Part shown: piece by piece, positions 1-7,178 of the stretch
Numbering within the stretch: position 1 is the stretch's first letter
Layout of the letters: every line of letters begins with the position of its first letter
Origin: an uncultured delta proteobacterium
GTDB taxonomy: Bacteria > Desulfobacterota > WTBG01 > CAIYCZ01
Assembly: GCA_963803975.1 (NCBI GenBank)
Contig: CAWDOY010000041.1
Coordinates: forward strand, 1 to 15,489
Direction: 5' to 3'
Length of the DNA: 15,489 nucleotides
Notes under the pieces: model-generated
What the model saw: only the letters and a program-made list of their open reading frames with translations
Told to the model about the DNA's origin: nothing
Database searches by the model: none
Made by a program: the position numbers and the translations under genes

Positions 1-155
1 TAAAAAAAGCTTTGCTTCTGCTGCCTGCGTTTGCTGAAAATATAAAAAGTATAGAGGTTAAAAGCCGTTGATGCAAGAAGAATGAATAGAACAGGGGAAA
101 GCTAAAACAATCATTTATAATAATACTATTCTGTGGGGGTTTTTATGCGGGGAAG

Positions 156-188
156 AGAAGCTCCCCGCCGTGCAGGCGGGGAGCTTCT
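156..188 (-). terminator. Probable intrinsic terminator downstream of the cytochrome gene
   Basis: Perfect 14-bp inverted repeat AGAAGCTCCCCGCC / GGCGGGGAGCTTCT with a 5-nt loop, about 16 nt past the inferred TAG at 205-207. The U-tract on the minus strand is weak (TTCTCTT). Confidence 0.65.
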
Positions 189-204
189 GCTGCAAGACCA
201 GTAC

Positions 205-2965
205 CTACCAGGACATTTCTGCCGTATGGCGTTTATTATCAAGGTGGCAGGTAAAAGACACGCTGACCCGTTATAGTTCAGGTCCGTCCCTGATTGTCTG
301 ACCGGCTTCTGTCATGGCTGTAGAAGAGCGGTCGTTAAAGTGAACCGGCGCCAGTTTATTTGCATCATGACATTCGCTGCAGGCAGTTCTTTCAGGTCCT
401 GGACATGCTTTCTATGTTCGCCGGACGTATAGCTGTTATACTGTCCGGATGATGCGTGACACGCAGTGCACTCAGTTGCAACGTTAATAGACCCCGTACC
501 CCATGCAGGGGTTTTTTTACCGCCATGACAGCTCACATTGGAGCATGTCTGGTCAGCAGTAGCATAGGCTGCAGTACCGGTTTTGGCATTATATCCGGTA
601 AAAGCAATATTCACGGTCATTGTTATAGTGAAGCGCTGTCTGGCTCCCGGCGCCGGCATGACAAGTACTGCAGGTATTAGTGACACCGGTGAGTGCGTTG
701 TGAACCGTATGGGCTCCATTCGGTCAGGATACGTTGTTCCTGAGGGTGGTGTTCGCGTGGCAGGACGTACAGTTGTTTTGCGTCAATGGTGACCCGGCAG
801 TATGACAGATGCTGCAGGCCGGACCTGATCCACCTGACAGGGCAGCTCCGTGACAAAGGGCACAGGCTGCTGCCATGTTTTGCGCGCTCTGGTGGCTGGT
901 GCTGTCAGGGCCTGACCAGCTGACCGGATGGGCGGTACCGGCTTTATGACAGCCACTGCTTTCACAGCCATTGCTGAGCGAGCCTATTGCCACATTAAAC
1001 CGCGGATTACTTCCCGGGCCTCCGCCTGCCGGCTGTGCATGGCATTGCTGGCAATAGATCAAATTAGTTTTTGCGTCTGCTGCCGTGAGCGGTGAATGGT
1101 ACAGCATGCGGAGCAGCAATGCCGTGGCAGTCATGGCACGATGCCGGCCCATTTCCGTAACTGCGCTCAAGCGTATGGCACTGGTTGCACACTGCCTCTG
1201 ATGCGGTCAGCTGGTTGTGCGGCGTGGTCCCGTGCGTCCAGGTTTGACCTGACGGCTATTTTACTTCCGCTCGCACCAAAATGACAGGCTTGCGCATTTG
1301 GTGTTCAGATCATGACACGAACTGCAGTTAGTGTACTGTTGCCGTGAAACTGCGCGCTCTTCGGGTCAAGCCACGGCTGCCCCAGAACGTGGTCGCTCTG
1401 CGTGCCGTGGCAGTCATGGCACGCTGCCGGGCCATTGCCGTAGCTGCGCTCAAGTGTATGGCACTTGTTGCAAACTGCCTCAGATGCTGCCAGCTGATTA
1501 TGCGGTGTGGTGCCGTGCGTCCAGGTCGGACCCGTTGGAGACTTATTACTCCGCTCGCACCGAAATGACAGGTTGAGCATTTGGTGCTCAGATCATGACA
1601 CGAACTGCAGTTGAGTGAACTGTTGCCGTGAAACTGCGCGCTCTTCGGGTCAAACCACGGCTGCCCTGTTACGTGGCCGCCACCACTCCGCTGACACCGC
1701 TATGACAGTCATGACATGTTGCCGGGCCATTGCCGTAACTTCGATCAAGTTTATGGCATTTATTACAAACTGCCTCAGATGATGCCAGCTGATTGTGCGG
1801 CGTTGTCCCATGAAGCCATCCCGAGGATGGTGATTTACTGCCCGATGCCCCGAAATGACAGGATGCGCATTTAGTGTTCAGATCATGACACGAGCTGCAG
1901 TCAAGGGTGCTTCTACCGTGGAACTGAGAGCTTTTCTGATCCAGCCACGGCTGCCCCAGCACATGGGGTGGCTTAACGTGACAGTCATGGCATGTTGCCG
2001 GACCATTACCATAGCCCCGATCAAGCTCGTGGCATATATTGCAAACAGCCCCCGATGATTCCAGTTGATTATGCGGGGTGGTGCCGTGCGTCCATCCCGA
2101 CTCGGATGGAGATTTACTGCCTGTTGCCCCGAAATGGCAGTTTGCACATTTGGTTTTAAGATCATGACACGAGGCGCAGTTAAGCGTGCTCTTGCCGTGA
2201 AACTGGGGACTTTTCTGATTTAACCACGGCTCTCCCAGAACGTGACTGGGAGGCGTACCATGACAGTCATGACAAGTGGCCGGGCCATTGCCATAACTTC
2301 TATCAAGCGTATGGCATTTATTGCATACTGCCTCGGATGCTGCCAGTTGATTATGCGGGGTGGTGCCATGGCTCCATCCTGAACCGGGTGGCAGCTGGCT
2401 TCCTGTTGCCCCGAAATGACAGGTTGAACATTTGGTTTTCAGATCATGACACGTGCTGCAATCAAGGGTGCTTTTACCATGAAAATCAGGGCTTTTTTTG
2501 TCCAGCCAGGACTGACCCAGGGGATGAGTCTCCGGGGAAATACTGTGACAGTCATGGCATGTATTTGGCGCTAACCCGTATACTCCGGTACAGCTCGTGG
2601 CAGGTATTGCACCTCGGTTCTTCAGGGCGCAGATTTTCATGCTGAGCCATTCCATGATTCCATGATGAACCTGACGGAGAACGGCTGCCCTCGGGCCCAA
2701 AATGGCACTTATAGCAGCCCGGTATCTCCCCTAATCCCTTCAGATCAGAGCCATGGCATGCTTTGCACAGCGTGGTACTACCCCGGTTCATTACTACCGT
2801 TCCATGAAAGTCTTTGGTGTCTCTGAACTGGGGGTTAGTCCATTCTGCATCATGTGTCCAGGGTTTACAGGCACCTGACAAAAGAGCGGTTGCCATCACC
2901 AGGGCGCTCAGCACCACTACATAGCGTCTGTGCATTGAATTGTTTAAGCTTTCTTTATTATTCAT
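205..2965 (-). CDS. Large exported multiheme c-type cytochrome (~920 aa, ~33-34 heme motifs), interrupted by about 13 single-base frameshifts
   Basis: ATG at 2965 with GAGGA upstream, followed by a hydrophobic leader ending LLSGAC. ORFs 2552-2998, 1669-2700, 1305-1580, 724-1170 and 312-719 join into one CxxCH-rich protein with frame changes near 2582, 1686, 1549, 1330, 1288, 1256, 1081, 750, 720, 618, 390, 285 and 254. There are 24 CxxCH in six modules, then CQQCH, CESSGCH, CALCH, CSICH, CTSCH, CSTCH, CSNVSCH, CTACH, CSECH and a probable final motif before ...HTAEMSW*. The C-terminal end is the least certain part. Confidence 0.88.
1124..2854 (-). repeat. Intragenic tandem repeat: five conserved ~280-290 bp tetraheme modules plus one diverged N-terminal copy
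   Basis: Consensus HxLGQPWLDxKSxQFHGxSTLxCxxCHDLxTKCxxCHFGAxGSKSPxGxxWxHGTTPHNQLxxSEAVCNxCHxLxRSYGNGPAxCHDCH. Units begin at about 2526, 2244, 1965, 1675 and 1391; the diverged unit begins at about 2854. Confidence 0.92.
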
Positions 2966-3069
2966 AGGTAAGTTCCTCAACGTATATAAATGTATCATTA
3001 ATCTTAATCAGTTAGTGCTTTAGTTATAATTATATGGTTTTCTGCTTTGAAAAATTGTTTCATCTACAA

Positions 3070-3084
3070 ACAAAAAGTGTGCCG
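3070..3084 (-). promoter_or_regulatory. Candidate sigma-54 (-24/-12) promoter for the cytochrome
   Basis: Minus strand reads CGGCACACTTTTTGT, i.e. GG-N10-GT against the consensus TGGCAC-N5-TTGC. It lies about 105 nt upstream of the ATG in an AT-rich spacer. The conserved -12 C is replaced by T. Confidence 0.35.
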
Positions 3085-3519
3085 CTGGGTTGAATTATGT
3101 TTAATGTATTGTTTTAGCTTTGTTTGTATTTTTTCAACCTGCCATTCTCCACGATAAAGGTATGCATTATTGTTGCTGGTAGGACAAAAAATGTTACATC
3201 TGTTTTTAAATAATTTTCATCAACGGGGATTATCGAGTAAGCGAATGTAATGACAAAATTGATTTACAGGTATGGACAGGTTTTTTATAGATTTTAAGTA
3301 TGTAATATTTTTTTAAAAAAAGTGTGCAGGAATAGCAACAGAAAAAATTCCGCCCTTCTTATTAAGAAATTTCATCATTAACCCTTCGGGAAAATTATTG
3401 AGACTATATCGCCATGACCAATAATGGCTCATTGACAGGAGCTTGCTTTATAATAATAGTCCCACAATACTTAACGGAGCTTACACTATTCTTTCTAAAA
3501 CATTACAATGATGAAAGTC

Positions 3520-4947
3520 TTATCGGGAAGGGTGAGGAGCGGTTAGTAGGGGAAGGTGTATGGAGAATAAAGAGCCGGAACCCGGCTCACTGCTAACCTC
3601 AATGTGTCCCTGGTGTGCCTGAACAATAGCTTTAACCAGACTCAACCCGAGGCCAAGCCCTCGCTGTGAGCGGCTTTTATCGCCGCGATACAGGCGATCC
3701 CAGATTTTGGAAACTTCTTCAACGGGAATTCCAATCCCGGTATCCCTGACAATTACCGTGGCTTGTTGTTTTTTTTGGAAAGCTTCAATACCTATCGTTC
3801 CACCGCTCTGAGTATACTTAACAGCATTATCGAGCAAATTGGAAAGAACCTGCCGCAACCTGATACCGTCTGCGTTCAAATAAAGTTCTTCCGGCAACGT
3901 TGTATGAATTTTAATGCGCTTTTCCTCAGCATCATAACCGTAAAGATCGACTGCCTCCTCGATCAGAGTTACAATATTAACCTCCTCCAGATTCAGTTTC
4001 ATCACCCCGGTCTCTGCCTCGGTAATGTCCATCAGAGTATTTAACATTGCAGTAATTCTATCCGCCTCTTCTATACAATCACTTAAAGCTTCGCGGAGGA
4101 CTTCTTCAGGCTGTTCCGATTGTAACGCCAGTTCCGCAGTACCGCGCAATCGCATCATCGGGGTGCGCAAATCGTGTGCAACATTATCCAGCCCCATTTT
4201 CAGTTCAGTTATTAACGTTTCAATCCTTTCCAGCATTGTGTTAAACGCAATGCTCATCTCGTCAAGTTCATCACCGGTATGTCTGGTAGGCACCCGGGCA
4301 CTTATGTTGCTCGTATGTATTATCGAGTTGATGGTGCTCAGTAAGTGACGAATCGGTCGAAGTGTTTTGACAGCAAAAAGAATCCCCCCGGTTAAGCCTA
4401 TAAAAACTACCAGCAGTATAGCCGCGGCAAAGATTTTGTTAAAGCGATCGAGAAGTTCCGTTCGATTTGCCACGCTTTTGCCCACCTGCAGCACAGAACC
4501 ATCAGAGAGGCGTTGCAACGCTACTTCTAATATATCCTGGTTGTTTTTAGTTTTCAGATAGAGCCAGTGCCCTTTATTCCGGTAATCTTTTTTTTCAAGC
4601 TTCCGAAGGTCAAACGCCGCCCATTTATCCGGGATATTCAAGAAAACGGTTTCATTTTCAGGTCCGGCAAGCCTGACTAAAAAAGGGTTTTTACCGCTGA
4701 GATCTTTCTGAAGGTCAACTTCTTGCTGCAGGGCATTGCTCCCCCCTTCATTATACTGGGCTATATACCCTTCAAGCTCAGACTGAATAACTTCCCTGTC
4801 CTTTTGCTGGATAGATACAGAAAGAAAAAAATATGCAAGAGCAAAGAAAAGCAGAGAACTCAGAACAAACACAGCCGAATACCACAAGGTCAACCGGAAG
4901 CCGATAGTTTTTCGGGTAAGGTCAAGAAACTTTAAGGACATACCCAA
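3520..4947 (-). CDS. Membrane sensor histidine kinase, CusS/CopS-like (TM-periplasmic-TM-HAMP-HisKA-HATPase)
   Basis: Intact 475-aa ORF with two hydrophobic segments, HAMP (GDELDEMSIAFNTML), H-box AHDLRTP, N-box NLLDNAVKYT, G1 DTGIGI and G2 GLGLGLS. It overlaps the end of the response regulator; the start may be 4941. Confidence 0.95.
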   Translation of the reverse strand: MGMSLKFLDLTRKTIGFRLTLWYSAVFVLSSLLFFALAYFFLSVSIQQKDREVIQSELEGYIAQYNEGGSNALQQEVDLQKDLSGKNPFLVRLAGPENETVFLNIPDKWAAFDLRKLEKKDYRNKGHWLYLKTKNNQDILEVALQRLSDGSVLQVGKSVANRTELLDRFNKIFAAAILLVVFIGLTGGILFAVKTLRPIRHLLSTINSIIHTSNISARVPTRHTGDELDEMSIAFNTMLERIETLITELKMGLDNVAHDLRTPMMRLRGTAELALQSEQPEEVLREALSDCIEEADRITAMLNTLMDITEAETGVMKLNLEEVNIVTLIEEAVDLYGYDAEEKRIKIHTTLPEELYLNADGIRLRQVLSNLLDNAVKYTQSGGTIGIEAFQKKQQATVIVRDTGIGIPVEEVSKIWDRLYRGDKSRSQRGLGLGLSLVKAIVQAHQGHIEVSSEPGSGSLFSIHLPLLTAPHPSR

Positions 4948-5596
4948 CTCCCCGGATGGTGTGAATCACCTTTTTATCAAAATCTTTGTCCAGCTTATTA
5001 CGCAATCTGCACACCAGCACATCAACAGCATTCGTTAGCGGGTCATAGTCATAGCCCCAGACATTCTCTATAATCATAGTCTTGGATAGGATCTTCCCTG
5101 CATTGCGCATAAAATATTCGAGGAGAGCAAATTCACGAAGCGGCAAGTCGACCCCCTTTTCTTCCCGGATAACTTCCCGGGTTAGCAGGTCCATAGAGAT
5201 ATCTCCAACGATCAGACGGGCCGGCTCAATAGCAGCACTTGACCTGCGGATAATCGCCTGTAAACGTGCCAGAAGTTCAGAAAAGGCAAATGGCTTGGTT
5301 AAATAATCGTCACTACCGCTTTGAAGTCCCTTAACTCTGTCATCTACTGAACGCTTGGCACTCAGAATGATCACCGGAAGATTTACTTTTCCCCGCCTCA
5401 GCTCTTCAATAAGACTCAAACCGTCCAGCCTGGGCAGCATTATATCTATAACTGCTGCGGCATAGACTCCAGTCTGTGCAAAGGCAAGTCCGTCCTCGCC
5501 ATTGTCCGCATGATCTACGACAAAGCCTGCCTCTTTTAACCCCTTCAAAAGAAAAGAGGCTATCCTTTTGTCATCTTCTACAACCAGAATTTTCAA
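4922..5596 (-). CDS. OmpR/PhoB-family response regulator, CusR/CopR-like
   Basis: Receiver motifs MKILVVEDD, DIMLPRLDG and DDYLTKPF, plus winged-helix motifs NAVDVLVCRLRNK and IHTIRGVGY. TTG start with AGGGG upstream. Confidence 0.96.
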   Translation of the reverse strand: MKILVVEDDKRIASFLLKGLKEAGFVVDHADNGEDGLAFAQTGVYAAAVIDIMLPRLDGLSLIEELRRGKVNLPVIILSAKRSVDDRVKGLQSGSDDYLTKPFAFSELLARLQAIIRRSSAAIEPARLIVGDISMDLLTREVIREEKGVDLPLREFALLEYFMRNAGKILSKTMIIENVWGYDYDPLTNAVDVLVCRLRNKLDKDFDKKVIHTIRGVGYVLKVS

Positions 5597-5672
5597 GAGA
5601 CGATACCCCTAACTTTGATGAATACATTACAGACCCAGACAAGCGGTCAGCGCTACCCTGAAATTTTTTACG

Positions 5673-5819
5673 CTACTGCCATGTTTGGCAACTGTACAGA
5701 ATGAAGAAGCCATAGTCACCGTCATTGTGGCAGTCATGGCATGATGACGGGTTATTGCCATAGCTTCGCTCAAGTGCATGGCATTTATTACAAAACTGCC
5801 TCTGATGACGCCAGCTGAT
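5673..5819 (-). pseudogene. Orphan fragment of the cytochrome tetraheme module (two CxxCH motifs)
   Basis: After removing one extra T near 5794 it reads QLASSEAVCNKCHALERSYGNNPSSCHDCH, then NDGDYGFFILYSCQTWQ* (TAG at 5673-5675). There is no in-frame ATG before the upstream stop. By manual count it has 76/90 nt identity to the module at about 1702-1791. Confidence 0.85.
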
Positions 5820-6350
5820 ATATCTGAATCAGGGCAATATTTTTCCAGGGAACAGCGATTATTTACAATACGGTGAGTGCCCCTCGTAAAGAGGAGTGTT
5901 TTTCAGAACAGAGATAGTAAAAGTCACGTGAACAGTTCTCAAATTGTATGTATTTTGCTTGTGTAAAGCCGTGTCACTATTCCGTAAAACTGAGCGTCTT
6001 ACCCGCCGTGACTTTATATAATTTGAACTTTACCACAACCTGGAGCTATGTGCAAGGCACCACGCTATTCTTATTTTCTTAAGTCTTTTGAGCAGCTTTT
6101 ATATCTATCTGTGCAGTATTGAAGACTGCAGGGAATTACCTGCGGCAATGTTATCAAGTATACCGACCGTGTTCTTTATTGAAACAAAAATCTGCACCCG
6201 GCCGGGCCTGTGTTCCCCGGTTCCCGGATGCGATCTGCAATGCTCTTATAAAAATTGACTCTCAATTGTTATCCTCATATACTCATTTATAAATTATCAA
6301 GGCATTATAGCCCCGGTATAATTTATTCATTTCCCAAGGAGTACCTTTCT

Positions 6351-6974
6351 ATGAAGATTTTAGGATTTATGGGAAGTCCCCGCACCAGGGGGCTGTGCTC
6401 CCAGTTTACGGAAAGTGTTTTGAGAGGGGCAGCAAGCAAAGGTGCAGAAACTAAGCAGTTTAACCTGGCAAAATATACTATCACCTATTGCCGCGGCTGT
6501 TATAAGTGTGTCTATGAAAACCACGGGCTGCCCATCGGCAGATGTCCTCTCAAGGATGATATGGCCGGTATCCTCAGGGAATATCTGGAAGCTGATGGCT
6601 ACATCATGGCCTGCCCGGTGTATGATTTTACCGTTACCGCTGTCATGAAAGCTTTCATTGAACGGCGCTTTCCCATGTTTTACAAAACTAAAGGTGCTAT
6701 TGGGATCCCTGATGCACGGGTAAAACAGAATTTTAAGAAAAAGGCTCTGCTGATTGCTACCGGAAGCGCCCGGGATGAATTTGCGGAGATGGCCGAGCCC
6801 TGCTTTGAAGTGATGTCAGGGCACTTCATGGTTGAGGAGGTGGAGGTCATCGAGCGCCTCTATGTGGGATTTATTCATAACTTCGACGAACAGCGGTATG
6901 CGGAAAAAATGCAGCAGACCTTTGCCCTGGGAGTACGCCTGGTTGAGGAAATAGAAAAAGCACGTAAGGATTAA
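6351..6974 (+). CDS. Flavodoxin-like NAD(P)H-dependent FMN reductase / iron-sulfur flavoprotein (Isf-like)
   Basis: AAGGAG followed by ATG at 6351. FMN-binding N-terminus MKILGFMGSPR, Cys motif CRGCYKC-x11-C, and DDM...ADGYIMACPVY...MKAFIER. 207 aa. Confidence 0.9.
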   Translation: MKILGFMGSPRTRGLCSQFTESVLRGAASKGAETKQFNLAKYTITYCRGCYKCVYENHGLPIGRCPLKDDMAGILREYLEADGYIMACPVYDFTVTAVMKAFIERRFPMFYKTKGAIGIPDARVKQNFKKKALLIATGSARDEFAEMAEPCFEVMSGHFMVEEVEVIERLYVGFIHNFDEQRYAEKMQQTFALGVRLVEEIEKARKD

Positions 6975-7178
6975 TGGTGGAACCCAGGCTATCTAAAACA
7001 TAAAAACAGCATTTAGCTTCATCTGGCAAGTAAATAGTAACAAATCAAATCTGCAATGAATTGAAGCTGCAAGGCTTCTCTCACGAATGATACATAGTCA
7101 GGGCTTCGCGTGAAATCAATTTACCGGGAAAGAATCCTGAACCTGCAGGGCTGCGACAGAGGGGTCACCTGCTTCACG

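Noticed and set aside
1124..2854. CRISPR array or non-coding tandem repeat
   Set aside because: The period is about 280-290 bp, there are no unique spacers, and divergence follows codon structure. It is a protein-domain repeat.
205..2965. Programmed ribosomal frameshifting or phase variation in the cytochrome
   Set aside because: There are too many shifts, in both directions, mostly outside slippery or long homopolymer tracts, and similar indels occur in unrelated genes. Sequencing error is the simpler explanation.
312..2998. Five separate small cytochrome genes, as the ORF track suggests
   Set aside because: The ORF ends fall in the middle of modules, the internal ORFs lack signal peptides, and the repeat consensus continues across each break in another frame.
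3414..3596. 60-aa plus-strand ORF in the cytochrome-kinase spacer
   Set aside because: It overlaps the kinase 3' end on the opposite strand and has no recognisable features, so it cannot be supported.
5727..5819. Diversity-generating retroelement template repeat for the cytochrome
   Set aside because: Differences from the cytochrome modules are not adenine-specific (many are C/T third-position changes), and no reverse transcriptase is present in the window.
6255..6350. N-terminal extension of the flavoprotein
   Set aside because: The AAGGAG RBS and the family-typical MKILG start both point to ATG 6351.
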